64,000 bases of DNA from Hyphochytrium catenoides (taxonomy: Eukaryota; Protista; Hyphochytriomycota): positions 1 through 64,000 of the forward strand of contig FLMG01003788.1 of assembly GCA_900088475.1 (NCBI GenBank). Reading direction: 5' to 3'. Within the stretch, counting starts at the first letter, position 1, and each line of letters opens with the position of its first letter. The notes under the pieces are model-generated. The model was not told the DNA's origin and searched no databases. It was given only the letters and a program-made list of their open reading frames with translations. Both the position numbers and the translations under genes were made by a program. Shown here piece after piece: positions 1 through 13,165 of the stretch.

Positions 1-8
1 GGAGGATG

Positions 9-44
<36 letters not shown>

Positions 45-649
45 AAGAGAGAGAGAAAAGGGGTAGGGGAAGAATGGGGCAGAGGAAATGAGAGAAGAGA
101 AAGGTTAGGAAGACAGTGATAATGGGACGGACGCAGAGATGATTGAGAGAGGCAAGGGCGGAAAGGTGAAGAAGAGGAGAAGGAGTGGCAGAGAAAAAGG
201 TAGAGGAGACAGAGAAGAAAGAATATAGAGAGCGAGGCAGAACGGAGAAAAAGGTGACGTGGTCCTTAGCATCAACCAAAAAATCGACGAAGTAGCCAGA
301 GAGAGAGATTGCAAAGGAAGATCTGAAAGAAAAGAGCAGGTCAAAGAACGAGGAAGGGAAAGAGGGACTCCGAAGAGAGGGTAACAAGTGAGGGAGAGAG
401 TACGAGAGAGAGAGAGAGAGAAAAAGTGTAGAAAAGACGGGTGAAGTGAAGCGAGAGAGTCTTCAGGAGAATATTGCGGTGACTCCTCAGGCCATAAGCA
501 GAAGGAGAGGAGACAGAAGTTTCTACGACTGTCGAGTAGCCGTGACAGGTACAATGAAAAAGAGAAAAAGAAAAGAAAGAGTAAGCATCGCTTCAGCTCT
601 CTCTCTCTCTCTCTTTTCCTTCCTCTTAGGGGCAATCAGTCGGCCTTAC

Positions 650-1939
650 CGCTGGGAGCCAGACAACTGCGCAGTCCGCTCTGTCTTCCCTAGAAAAGGC
701 TAAGAAATCTATGGCTTGGAAAGTGAGAGGAGGGAGAGAGATGACAAGAGAGGCGATGAGGAACTGCTTCTTCAGCTCGAAAGGTTGGACGACTGTCTTG
801 AGATACAGCTGGCCCAGCTTATAATCAGAGGGAGAGGCAATGCGAGCGCGAAAAAGCTGGACGTAGTAGCAAGCCTGGATTGAACGATTTTCACAACGAG
901 GCGGAGAGAGAGAGAGAGAGAGAGAGANNNNNNNNNNNNNNNNNNNNNNNNNNNNNNNNNNNNNNNNNNNNAGAGAGAGAGAGAGAGAGAGAAAGAGGCC
1001 GAAGAAAGAAGTGGGTTGGAGAGGGAGAGTGTGCGTATAAGAGAGGAAGGGAGAGAGACGATCAGGACAGAACGTCATGGGCCAGAGAAAGATATAGAGG
1101 TGCACAAAAAACAAAGAGAGAGAGAGAGGCAAATAAGGGTAGGTAATAAGGCGTTCGATGAGGGAGAGACACAGAGAAAAGCAGGATGGATGATGATTAA
1201 CACTCATAGTCTCAGAGAGCCAAGAACCAGATGAAAGGAGGTAAGAGTAAGGGATGGGGAACGACAGAGAGAGAGAGAGTTCGGGAGAGAAAGAGCACGC
1301 GAGAGAGGAGAAATGGAGAGGGAGGACGGAGAAGCGATGAGAGAGAGACGAGAGAGAGAAGAGAGAGAGAGATGGAGGGAGCGGATGCATTGGCGGGAAG
1401 GAGGAAGACGACAGAAGATAAAGATGACACCAAAAGCTACATGAGCACACGCATTTTATAGATAGATAAAGAGAGAGACAGAGAGACAGAGAGAAGAGAG
1501 ACAGGTTATGTGAGAGGGAGAGAGAGAGAGAGAGACAAAGAGAGAAAGAGTGAGAAAACGAAGCTCCAATTCTCACCTGTACATACCACAGGAGCATCAG
1601 CACACCTGGCGCCCAGGGGACCCAGCCCACCGTGGGGAAGAACCACGCCATGATCACAAGGCAGGACGGGTTATAAAAGACAGAGTCCGCACTGGCGGCC
1701 ATCATAGAGACGGGAGCGCCGCCGATCACCAGCGCCTGCAGCCAGAAAGGCGCCACATTCACAGGGAAGCGCGTTCTTCTCTTCCACATGAGAAAGAGAC
1801 AGGGGAGAGTCCATAGAATTATTAGGCAGTAGGTCACAATGCCGACCGGAGATGAGTACGCGCGGACATCGATGGCAGGAGGAGGAGGAGGAGAAGGAGA
1901 GAGAGAAGAGGAAGACGAAGAAGAATCTCTCTCCTCCAT
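650..1939 (-). CDS. 7TM membrane protein, paralogue of the 7TM-RGS at 35426 (partial; exons 1939-1577 and 874-650, downstream exons not resolved or beyond window start)
   Basis: ATG at 1939, donor CAG|gtgaga at 1576, acceptor atccag|GCT at 874, donor GCG|gtaagg at 649. KRRTRFPVNVAPFWLQALVI aligns with KHRHRFPCTLQPYHLQAILI, and PSCLVIMAWFFP..WAPG with VPCGAHMFIMYFP..GAPG, of the 35426 protein. Several hydrophobic helices. Confidence 0.8.
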
Positions 1940-4842
1940 CGTTGACGAGAGGAAGGGAAGAGGGGCGGCGATGGTGGAGACAGAGGGAAGAGAAGAGAAA
2001 GAGAGGTCGGTCTTTGTTGCGTATAGAGGGGAAAGCAGAGGGCAACTCCCTCTCCCTCTCTCGTTCTCTTTCTCTCTGTCCCGCTTGGTGTCTTAGCAGA
2101 AAGTATAGGGTGAGCTCCTTCCGTTAAAAGAGGGAAAGAGACTCATTCTTTTCTCTCAGTTTCCTACTCTTTCTGCCACTTTCAACTCCTCTTTTTGCTA
2201 AGAAAAGGAGAGACTCGCCTCTAAGTTATTTGCCAAGAGCAGAAGAACTTCAAATGATCTCAATCCACTCTCTCTCTCTCTTCGTACTGGCGGAGAAAGA
2301 AGAGAGAAGAAAGAATGAGAAAAAGTATGCCGGACCTGGTAGCTAATAGATGGACGCAGAGGAGGAAGAGAACGATGGGGGAGACAGCAGAGTCCTGGCT
2401 GACGGAGAGCGGGATGACCATCAAATACCGGGAAGAGGAGGGAGAGGAGATTGATGAGAAAACAGAGAGAGAAGCATAAGAAGTAGATAGAGGGGGGGAG
2501 ACATCGATGAGAAAGGGAGAGGGAAGCGTAAGAGGTCCTAAGAGAATATAGGGAGACACAGGGCAGGAGGAAATAGACAGAGGTGCCGATCAGTGGGAGG
2601 CTGCCTGTGAGCAGCCTTGGCGGGAGAGAAGAGAGAGACAGCCGGACAGGAGAGAGAGACATTCAAGTGCCAACGGCATGTGACATTTGATCGTTTCTAG
2701 GGGAGACAGGGAAGACGATAATAGGAAGACGGGAGAGAGAGANNNNNNNNNNNNNNNNNNNNNNNNNNNNNGGGGGGGAGAGAGTGACCAGATGGTGGAG
2801 ATCCAGGCCCAGAGAGCAGGAGAAACCGAAGTATTACTTGCTCGAAGCAGAAATGAGGGACACAGCCAACATGAGACAGACATCAGATATAGGTAGTAGG
2901 AGACAGGATTACGGAGAAAGAGACAGAGGAGAAGAGAGGGAGACAGAAAAAGAAAGAGACAGAGACAGAGGGACGTCAAGGACGGGTTCTATCTATAAAA
3001 GAGGGAGGGAGACATGATAGAGAAGAGGAAGGTCGGCCACCCTCAAGCTGGCTGAAGAATTTTGAAATCGGGCCACCAAGTCTAAGGCGGTCATTTCATG
3101 GATGATGAAGCCGGATGAGCGAGAGAGAGACAGAGAGAGAGAGACAGAGAGCAAGAACAGAGAGAGCGCACCAGAGAAGATAGAGAGAGCGAGAGAGAGA
3201 GACGAGAGCAAGACTAGAAAGAGAGAAAAAGCGAGACAGGAGAGGGAAAGACAAGAGGGCACATCGGCCGTTACAAAAGTGCACCATGGAGGTACTGGTC
3301 CGTCAACTGTACAGCAACACGAACCCTTTCCGTAGATTTCAAATAACATAAGTTCTATTTTGGATTAGTGGCCTCCAAGCCTCCAAGACCTCAAGATTCA
3401 ACTGAAGACTCTCCCAAGCTCCGAAATAAAAGGCAATTTTCAATGATATTAGGAATAAACACAATATATATTCAGTAACACTCTATGACCCTCTGCCAAA
3501 GTGTAACGGATGTGCCACCACCTTTCTGTCTGTCTCCCCGTCTTTCCTCTCTGGTGTGTCTCTCTCTCTCTCAGTGTTTGTCTCTCTCTCTCTCCGTCTC
3601 TTCTCTCTTCTTTTACCTATTCTCTTCCTCGTCTCACTTTTCTCTCCTTTCCTCTTCCTACCCTTTCCTTTCCTCCTCTCTCGTTATTCTCTCCTCTTTT
3701 CCCTGTCCTCTCACACATCATTTGACTTAGTAAGTACTCTCTCTCTCCTCCTGTGTCCCTCTCTCTCCTTCGGTTCCTTTCTTCTCTCTCCTATCTTCCC
3801 GCTAGTTCCCTAACTTCCACTTCCGGCCGGGTTGTCCCTCTTCTTTCCTCCTATCTTCCTCTTCTCTGGCTACTCTCTTTCCGCTGGCCCCTTTTCTCTG
3901 TCGTTCTTGCCTCTGTTTCTCTCCCTCTTGTATCTCTCTTTCTCCTCTCTCCTTTCCCTCCTTCATTAGTTTATTGTTGACGCCTCTCTTCTCTTCTAGT
4001 CTTCCATCAGACAGTGCGGCCAGACCATAATGAATGCCCCATAAACACTTGCAAGGCAGACGGCGCCTGTTGCTCTCTTTCCTAGATCTCCTCTGTGTCT
4101 CCCTTTCCTTCTTTCTCTCTCCCGTCCCCTCTTTGTCCCCACCCCTCTCTCCTTCTCTCTCTCTCCCCCGTGTTTCCCAAATAACTCTTCCTCTCCCTTC
4201 TGTGTGACCCTACACTATTAACGGTGCAACGCCAGCGGCGGTCTCAGTTGCACTATCTATGCTTCTTGCGCTAGTAGCCGCTTTCTCTCTCTCTCTCTCT
4301 CTCTGTCTTGTCTCTCCCTCCCCTCTTGTTTATCCCTCTCTCTCTCTCATTTCACGCCTCTGGTCGCGCTCTTTCTCTTTCCCGTGGCGATCAGACTTGT
4401 GTTCAATCTTAGTTCACTCCCTGTCATCTTTTAGTCGTTGATAGTCAACTCTTTCCTTCGCGTCCTCTCTTTACCTTCCGACTCCTCTCGCTTGTCCAGC
4501 CGTAGCACACTCTTTCGTTCTACCACTACATTCCTCTCTCTTTCTCTTTCTCTCTCTCCTATTTCCACAAACTCCTAAGAACACACTTGTTGATGGTGCG
4601 CATCTTCCTGCCTACAAATGATTGGGCTTCGATCAGTTAGCGGCAATAAAGAGAGAGAGAATAGTGCCGTCTGAGAAGAGAAACCATGAAGTTCATCTCT
4701 CTCGTCTCACTCTGATCTCGTTGTCCTTGTTGAGAGAACATTACCTCTCCCTCCGCCCCCTCTGTTACCTGCTACTAGTCTACCCTCTCTCTGTGCTTCG
4801 CTTCCCTCTCTCTCTGTCTCTCTGTGTCTCTCTCTCTCTGTC

Positions 4843-4875
<33 letters not shown>

Positions 4876-4925
4876 TTCCCTCTCTCTCTTTCCCTCTCTC
4901 TCTCTTAAAGAAGGGAAGGAGCACG

Positions 4926-6895
4926 ATGGACAACGTCGCGTTACGCCTATGCCAGCCGCTGGTCAGATATCTGAAGGGCAAACCGGCTTTGGACGAGGGC
5001 GCAAGACAGGCTCTCGCAGAAGCGCGAAGAGAAATAGATCTAGCTCTCAGCCAAACAGGGTCTATGATGATAAACCTGATGATCGCGAGAAAGAAGAGAG
5101 AAGACGGAAAATATGACGGAAAGATTATGGGAGAGAGACAAGAGAAGAGAGAAGAAGAAGAAGAAGAGAGAGACATCCACGCGAAGAAGAGGGAGAGAGA
5201 GAGCCCAACCTATAGAATCTCTTTCTTTGCAGGACATAAGGTTAGTCCCTTGGTCGTGAGACCCAAGAAAGAAAAAGAGAAGAGAGAAGAGAAACAGGAG
5301 AGCGGCAAGACAAGCCTTTCCTGGAACAAGGAGAAGAAGAAAGAAGAAGAAGATCTTCTTACGGCACAGGAAGAAAAGAACTCGACTTCCCTCTCCGTTT
5401 CTGGTCCCGCGTCTTCTTCTTCCTTCTCCTCCTCTGCTGTCACGGCCGGAAGAAACAGAAGAGAAGAGGGAAAGAAGGAGAAGAGAGGAGAGAAGAGAAG
5501 AAGACAAAAGAAAAGGTCTCTCCTTGCCATCTATCCTTACCTCGAGCTGTCCAAGGAAGAGAGTTCCACGACCGTGATGATCAAACTCTTAGGAAAAGGC
5601 TTCACAAAGTACTGGTTCATGGGAAAAAGAGTCATCTCTCCCATCACTTGGCTCTGTATCGGCTTTCTCTTTCTCTCTTTCTTTCTCGGTCTCTTTGCCG
5701 AGCTAAGTGACGAGACGAAGGATCTTTTGTATGGCTTGACAGCTCTTCCCTGTCTCTGCTGGATGGTGCTGCAGAATATCTCTCTCATGAATCTGTTTCT
5801 CTTCCGCCGGTGCTTCAGAATGTTCGATACCATGCTTTTATTAGTAGAAGCGGTGCTGTTTGCTCTCTCTCTCTGTGCAGTCTTCTGCTTCTCTGTCTTT
5901 GGATTGATGATCAGTCTCACGATGTTTATTGGGACCTGCGCGGTCTTTCTCTTCTATGATAGCTTTCCTGTCTCCGCAAGGTAACCTCCTCTTCCTCTCT
6001 CTTTCTCTCTCTCTTTCTTTCTCTCTCTCTCCTCCCTCTCGCGCTCACTCTTTCTTTGCTTTCACTTTCTCATATCACGTCCTTTTCTCTCTCAAATCAT
6101 TTTATCTGTTCTCTCTTCTGCTTCTCTCCTTTCCCCTCTCTCTCTTTCCCTTCCTCTCTCACTCTCTCTGTTCCCCGTGATGCCAGTTCCCTTTATTCTA
6201 CTTCTTTCTATTGGTGTTATGGCTAGCTCTAGGTATTTTGTTCGCCTGCTCTCTCTTTCTCCGCATCTTTCTCTCTCTTTAATCTCTCTCTCTTTCCCCT
6301 ACTAGCCCTATCTTCTTTCTCTCTCTTTCCTCCCATTCCCTACTTCCTAACGTCGCCCCTCTCTCGATCTCTCCTCTTCATCCCTCGCATTGCTCTCTAT
6401 TTGTCTTCCTCTGTCTTTTCTTCGCAGGAAAGGAGTGAGACGCTCTCTTCTGGCAGTTTGCATCACTTTCATCTCTCTCCTGCTCATTCTGTACATCCGC
6501 CTCACTCCGTATCCTCTCTGCTACTACCGGCTGGACTCCCATCAAGGATTCATCGACGAAGAAGAGAGAACAGCAGGACAAGAAGGAGAAGAAGAGAAAG
6601 AGAGAGAGTCTTTCTCTTCTCTGTGTTCTTCTCCCACTCTCTCCCCTTCTCCTGTCTCCATATCTCCCTCTCCTTCTTCCCCTGCATTTAGCTGGCGTTG
6701 GAGCTTCTCTGTCTTTGAATTCTTCATCAATCGCGGCGTGACGATGGCGATTCTGATGCTGAAGATCATCGTCTCGGCCTATCGTCACCCTCAGGACTGT
6801 GTGATCATCAAGTCCAGAGTAAGGCTGATAGAGACCATCGTCGTCGAAGAAGAGAAGAGAGAAGATGACAGGAGAGAGAGAGAAAGAGAGAAAGA

Positions 6896-6899
<4 letters not shown>
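4926..6899 (+). CDS. Uncharacterised ~6-TM membrane protein, family copy A (exons 4926-5980, 6428-6899)
   Basis: ATG 4926, donor AG|gtaacc 5981, acceptor ttcgcag|G 6427. Splicing restores PVSARKGVR, matching PVGLRKTMR/PVVLRRGMR in the intronless paralogues. Shared motifs AR.EID..L, VFCFS, YD.FPV, F..NRG, HPQDCVIIKSRVR. Confidence 0.88.
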
Positions 6900-6927
<28 letters not shown>

Positions 6928-7458
6928 ACAACAGAGAGAGAGCCGGACATAGAAAGGGAAGGGGTACGAGAAGAGAGAAGAGGAAGAGAGAGCAAAAAAG
7001 AAAGGTTAGTGGTGTAGAAAGGAGATAGTCTTAAGAAGGACAACAGGAAGAACGAGAGAGAGAGATGGGTGGAAGGAGAGGCAGAGAGAGGGAGAGGTAG
7101 AGAGCGAGGGACAGAGAGAGAAAGCGAGGGAGGAAGAAAGGGAGAGAGAGAAAGAACATAGGAGGGGAAAAGAGAGAGAAGAACAGAAGCAAGAGAGAAA
7201 GAAAGAGAGAGTGAGAACGTAACTCTTCTTTCAAAAGGGATGGTAGACAAATGAAACATAAAAGACAGAAGAGAAGAAAGGTAAAAGAAAGAGAAGAAGG
7301 AAGAGGCAAGAAGAAGGAGCATCAATAGAGAGAGAATAGCAGACTAAAAAGCTCGAAAGAGAGAAGAACTTTTTATAAACATCACTAGACATAAGAAAGG
7401 CCAATCATCACCATTAAGGAGGTGAGAAGAGAAAGGAACAAGGAAAAAGAGAGAGAGA

Positions 7459-7504
<46 letters not shown>

Positions 7505-7795
7505 TAACTCTCAACGGTTAACAGCAAGATGAAGGAGACTGAAGACGAGGAATCGTCTTCTTTCCCTCTACGACTACTCTCTTTCCTATGGTTGGCGCCA
7601 AGAGATATTGACAGAATTGTAACAATAAGAGAACTGAGGGACAGATGATGTAGAAAGAGAGAGAAAGCGAAAGACGCAGAGAGATAAGAGAAGAAGAAGG
7701 TAATTAGTGGAGAGATGTGCAGCAGGAAAGGATGAAGGTGGTAGTGAGAACGATTGACGAAAGTGAGGAAGGCTGAAGCCCGAGAAGGAGACCGC

Positions 7796-7826
<31 letters not shown>

Positions 7827-8250
7827 AAGAGAGAGAGAGAGAAAGAAAGAGAGGGAGAGAGAGAAAGAGGGAGAGAGAGAGCGAGAGAGCAGGACTCCAT
7901 AGGGTTTGTTAGACAGCGAGAGGAACTAACTACTGATGAAGGGCACGTCAGATTTCGTTATCCGTAGCTGGATGGCACTTTTTGATTATTGGCATAGATA
8001 TAACGATTGTTAGGCTTTCATGATATTAACTAATAAACCAGAGAGAGAGAGAAGAGACAGGCGACGAGAGGATAAAAAGAGGACGCATCCAAGCTACATT
8101 TACAGCTCCCACACTCTTCTCTTTCTCTTTCTCTCTTGCCCTTTTCTTCTTTTTCGTCCAAAGAACGAGAAGATGATGGCAGGCCGGGAGAGGGAGAGAA
8201 AGAGAGAGAGGGAGAAGAGGATGAGAGAGACGATGAAGCTTTAAATGACT

Positions 8251-9666
8251 CTAAAGAGCGAGGAACATCCCCAGGACGGCTACAAGGCCAGTGAAAGCCA
8301 GGACTGGACTGCTAACGACTGCACTAGAGGCTGGTGGCCGAGTAGTGGCCGCTGTTCCGGTTCCAGTACCAGTCTGTCCGCTAGCAGATCCTGCGCCTGC
8401 ATCGGCCGCAGTCCCAACAGAGACAGCGAGCTTCATATTGCCCTTGGTACAATGTGTACCGATGGTGCAGACAAAGTAGAAGCTCTGTCCAGGTGTAGCA
8501 TCGGTAGGAACCGTAAACTTTGCGGGTCCACTGGTGGCAATCTCCTTGGCAGCCGTGAAGGAGCAGTCCTGCATTTCCTGCTGTGTGTTGACCTGGAAGA
8601 CATTGTGTCCTGTGCCCTGGAATACGAAGTCAATCTCGTCTCCTGGAGCAGCTGTTACCGCGTTCATCGGCGGGTTGAGGCTCCACTTCACTTGCTTTGT
8701 CTGGGCAGTGCCAGTAGTTGGTGCATTGCCCGTGGTCACACCGCCTGTGGTTGGGCCTGCGCCAGTGCCTGAGCCAGCACCAGAGCCTGTGCCAGTCTGT
8801 CCGCCGGTAGCTCCACCAGTAGCACCTCCGGTAGCACCGCCCGTGGCACCTCCAGCGCCGCCAGTAGCTCCACCAGGCGCTCCAGCCGCGGCGCCAACTG
8901 TCAATGCAAACTTCATGTTACCCTGTGTGCAGTGAGTGCCCTTGGTGCAGACGAAGAAGAACTGCTGTCCGGTCTGCGCATTAGGCGGGACTTGGAAGGT
9001 CACAGGTCCCGTGGCACCCACGGGCTGTCCTCCGTCAAACTTGCACTGGTTCATTGCATCAGCGTTGGCCACTTGCACGACATTGTGAGCATCGCCCTGG
9101 AACTGGAAGGTTACGCTTTCTCCTGGCGCTGCGGTCATCTCCTTCACGGGAGGCTGTAAGCTCCACTTCACGGTCTTAGCGCCGCCAGGAGCCGCGCCGC
9201 CGGTAGGAGGAGCAGGAGCAGCTCCACCTGGAGCACCGCCTGCAGGAGGAGGCTGCTGAGCACCTCCACCAGGAGCACCACCGCCTGGCGCTCCTCCGCC
9301 AACAGTGACCTCCAGGCGCATGTTCCCCTGTGTGCAGTGCGTTCCAATGGTGCAGACGAAGAAGAACTTGGTTCCTGGCGCGATGTTCGCGGGCACTCCA
9401 ATGCTGAAAGGCCCATTCGTGGCTAGCTGCCGAGCGCCGTTGAAGTTGCAGTTCTGCATGTTGGCGGCAGAGGCAACCTGGAAGACATTGTGTCCTTGGC
9501 CGTTGAAGGCAAAGACAAGCTCATCTCCTGGGGCAACGGTCATCGTGTTGGATGTTGGGTTTAAGCCCCATTTCACCTCCTGTCGCGCGGCGCTGGCGAA
9601 CGGAGAGAGAAGAAGAGCGGAAGAGAGAGAAGCAGCGAGAAGCTGCAGAAGACCTTTTCCTGCCAT
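8251..9666 (-). CDS. Secreted, probably GPI-anchored protein with three tandem phytocyanin-like cupredoxin (type-1 blue copper) domains
   Basis: 471-aa intronless ORF with an N-terminal signal peptide. Three repeats of W..HNV.QV..C.F..F.FVCT.GTHCT.GNM carry His, Cys, His and Met copper ligands plus the extra Cys pair. G/A/P/T-rich linkers, hydrophobic C-terminal tail preceded by small residues. Confidence 0.92.
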   Translation of the reverse strand: MAGKGLLQLLAASLSSALLLSPFASAARQEVKWGLNPTSNTMTVAPGDELVFAFNGQGHNVFQVASAANMQNCNFNGARQLATNGPFSIGVPANIAPGTKFFFVCTIGTHCTQGNMRLEVTVGGGAPGGGAPGGGAQQPPPAGGAPGGAAPAPPTGGAAPGGAKTVKWSLQPPVKEMTAAPGESVTFQFQGDAHNVVQVANADAMNQCKFDGGQPVGATGPVTFQVPPNAQTGQQFFFVCTKGTHCTQGNMKFALTVGAAAGAPGGATGGAGGATGGATGGATGGATGGQTGTGSGAGSGTGAGPTTGGVTTGNAPTTGTAQTKQVKWSLNPPMNAVTAAPGDEIDFVFQGTGHNVFQVNTQQEMQDCSFTAAKEIATSGPAKFTVPTDATPGQSFYFVCTIGTHCTKGNMKLAVSVGTAADAGAGSASGQTGTGTGTAATTRPPASSAVVSSPVLAFTGLVAVLGMFLAL

Positions 9667-9945
9667 TGTTGCTGGTTGGTGTTAAAGAAGGTCTTTCTTC
9701 TGTGTGTAGGTTGGGAAGAAAGAGAGAGAGAGAGACGGTTGGTGTCTGTGTAGATGGCACCAACGGGTCTGGCGAGAGAAGAGAGAGAAGAGTCAGGAGA
9801 CTTCTCCGGTGCGACGGCAAAATGAAAGTGAGTCTCGAGCGGTGGAGAGGAAAAGAGGGAGGAAAGAGCAGGAACAAGAAGGTGGCAAAAGAGTGCGTTT
9901 CTAGCAACCGACAGCAAAGAAGAGAAAGGAAGCAGGGGAAGAGAG

Positions 9946-9988
<43 letters not shown>

Positions 9989-11332
9989 NNNNNNNNNTCT
10001 CTCTCTCTCTCTTCTCTCTCTCTCTCCCTCTCTGCCTCTCCCCATCACAATGACGTTGAAGTGGCCTTTTCTCCCTGTCCTAAGAAAATCTATGGCGTTT
10101 AACGGCCGGCACATTCCTCACACAGTCACTGTTCATCCAGATAGAGAATAGAATTTACATTATGAAATATAAACGGTGCTGTTTCACAATGTACCAGAGA
10201 TGGCAGGTGTCCCCTGCCCGACTGTGGGGCAGCTCACACCACAACTGACAGTCAAAATCCGTCTAAACGTAGATCTGGACCACAGGAAGTTAATGCTTGA
10301 AGATATAGGTCAGATACCTAGAAAGCACGAAATTCTAATTTGCGGGTGTGACAAAACCCACCGATACCACATCTTTAGTCTAAGGCTAAGATATTAGCAT
10401 CGTTTAGAAATCTAGACGAGGATTTAGTTCAGGCAGGGGTGGAGGAAGACCAAATTCCCCATCATTTTATGGTACTTCTAGGTTCCTAGGGTCCAATCGA
10501 TCTAAAATCAATGAAGTTTAGAACGCATAGTAGACGAGTGTCAGACTGTCGTCTGTTTATTGGGACAAGACTGGGGACGGACTTGTCTCTTTTTGGACCC
10601 AACTCAGGTAGGCCGAAACAGTAAATGACTGGCTTTTCGGGTTAGGGACGGATCGCAGGGGATAAAAGAATGGGATAAAAATGCACACCATCAAGGGAGA
10701 CAGTCCTTTTGGTCCGTTACAGCTCTAGGATTACATAATAGTGCTGACTTCATTTGGATTGTTCGAGGAGAACGAATCAATAGGAGGACTAGACAGAGTA
10801 TTGGTATAGATATGGAGTCTGAGGATTTATAAGATCCCCGCTGTGCAAGACAGATCTGTGTATAGTTTATGAATTCTGCTGGAGAGAGAGAGGAGAGAGT
10901 CGGTACAGCCGGGGCCACCTTACTCTTGGCTCTTTCTCTCTCGGATCCTGACTATCTCTGTCACTGATACAGAGGCGTATCTCTCACGGTCCCTATCAGT
11001 GGTATAACCGTTAGACTTCGTCACTCTGTCTCACGCATCGACCTTCCAACACATATCTAGTGTCCCTCGTACTCGAATTATAAGGCCCCATTTCTATCTT
11101 TCACCCAATTTATGGGATGCATTTACTGTACTCTGTCTCTTGAAGCGTGAACCAAATATCGCAATGATGTCACTCTGTCTGGGTGAAAAGATGGGTCTTC
11201 TTTTCGGTCCCCTTTTTGTCTTTTTCTCGTGACGTTCAACTGGCTTTTGGGTGGAGACTCTCTTTTCATAAAGCAGACATGGTCCCCCCTGTTTGTGTAT
11301 ATACACTAATGATGACCGAGAATAGTTGAAGA

Positions 11333-11371
<39 letters not shown>

Positions 11372-13165
11372 GGAATAGAGAGAGAGAGTCGATAAAGGGG
11401 AGAGAGAGAAGAGAGAAGAGAGAAAAGGTTTAGGGGAGAGAGAGAGGGAGAGAGAGATGTGAAGGAGAGAGAAAAGAAAGGAGAAAGGGGTTGTCTGTCC
11501 TACGCTATCCGGAGACTAAGGGACCAACCACTTCTGCTGTGACTCCCCACATTTCTCTCTCTCTCTCTCCCACATTCCTCTCTTGTCTCTCTACCCGTTA
11601 CTTCTTCCCTCTGGTCTCTTCTGGTATCTCACCTTACTCGGTCTCCCACACTTCTTGATCTACATTCTGACCTCCTTTGATCAGCGCTGTTCTCTCTTTC
11701 GTCGTCTCTCCTTTCTTCTCTCCTCCGCCACCTGTCTCTCACTTATCTCTCTCTCTCTCTCTTCTGTTTATTTGTGACGATTGACATCATCGTTTCTCTC
11801 GTCAGCAAGCCGCTGGGGAAGAGTCTTCTTCTTTGTAATGGCGAGGTTGAACCAAGACAAAGACTGTGCAAATTGGAGACAAGCAACTGTGGGGGAGGGA
11901 AAACGAGGTCAAAGGAGTACTGGTCAAGAGAGACTATTTGTATGGGAGGAGTGAGCGGAGAGAGATAGAAGAGAGAGGAAGAGAGAGAGAGAGAGGGAAA
12001 GGGAAACTCTCAGATGGCTTGGGGTAGACCAACAGCTTGTTTGTTGATGTCTGACAGCTGCTCTGTCGAAATTTTTGTCGATCCTTCTTCCCACCTCATT
12101 TCTCGTTCGTTGTTTCAGTTTCTCTCTCTCTCTCTCTCTCTCTCCTCTCCTTCTCTCTCTCTCTCTCCTGAAGTAGGTTCTTCCTCTTCTTTACTGCTGC
12201 CCTCTCTTTCTGTTCGTAGCTTCTGGTGCCACTTAGTCACGCCACTTGGTCTCCTTCCCTACTGTACCATCAATCACTGGACAAGGAGAGACATTGACAA
12301 ACCTACACTGGCCGGTTGGGGAGAAAGAAGGAAGAAAGCATGAGCGCAGGAGAAAGAGACAGAGAGAGAAAGAGTCGCTGAGCCCAGGCAGCTCTTCTTC
12401 TTGTCTCAAAGGAAAGATAATCATGTTGTCCATTAGTCGTAGCATGAGTCCACAAAGACTAGAAGAAGACAGCCCAGCCACAAAAAGAGAGAGAGAGAGA
12501 GAGAGAGACACGAGAGAGGAAGGGAAGAAGGAGAGAAAGAGAGAGCAGAGATTGAGAGAGTACAGAGAAAGACAGAGGCTTGTCAGGGAATGAGGGAGAG
12601 ACCGACCGAGAGAGAAAGAGATGGAAGATCCGTTGACAAGAGAGAAAGTTTGTCCTTTCCACAAAATCTTTGCAGGCAATCAGATTCTTCTCCGTGGAGA
12701 AAGTGAGTTTGTGTGTGAGAATATTTATTGTCCTTCTTTCTTTCTTTCCTTCCTTCTTTAACCATGATGATGACCAACAAGGACAAGAAAGAGAAGAGGG
12801 GCCAAGAATTGTTGTTGTTTTTTCTTCTCTCCTCTCTTTTTCTTTTTCTTCTTTTCCTTTCTCTCTTATTTCTCTAATATTCTTCCCTGTAATCAACTAA
12901 TCGTTAGCCTTTGACTAGTAAAACATTGCAGGCTTCTCAGTCTTCAACTGTCGTCCATCTTCTAGCGTTTTTCCTTGTCCATTTTCTCCTCTATCTCAAG
13001 TTTTAGCAGTGATGTATTATCCCGTGCAAAAGGAATTATGTTTATCTTTATCTTCTCCTTCTCCTTCTTTTTCTACGTCTTCTTCTTCTTCTCCTCTTCT
13101 TCTTCCTTGTCTGCTACTTCTTATTTAGTAATAGCATAAAGCATAAATGATAGAAAAAAGAAGAT

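Noticed and set aside
7541-7615. 8-bp hairpin GAAGACGA-GGAA-TCGTCTTC and weak similarity to 51707-51775 downstream of family copy C
   Set aside because: Too short and too low in complexity to distinguish from chance.
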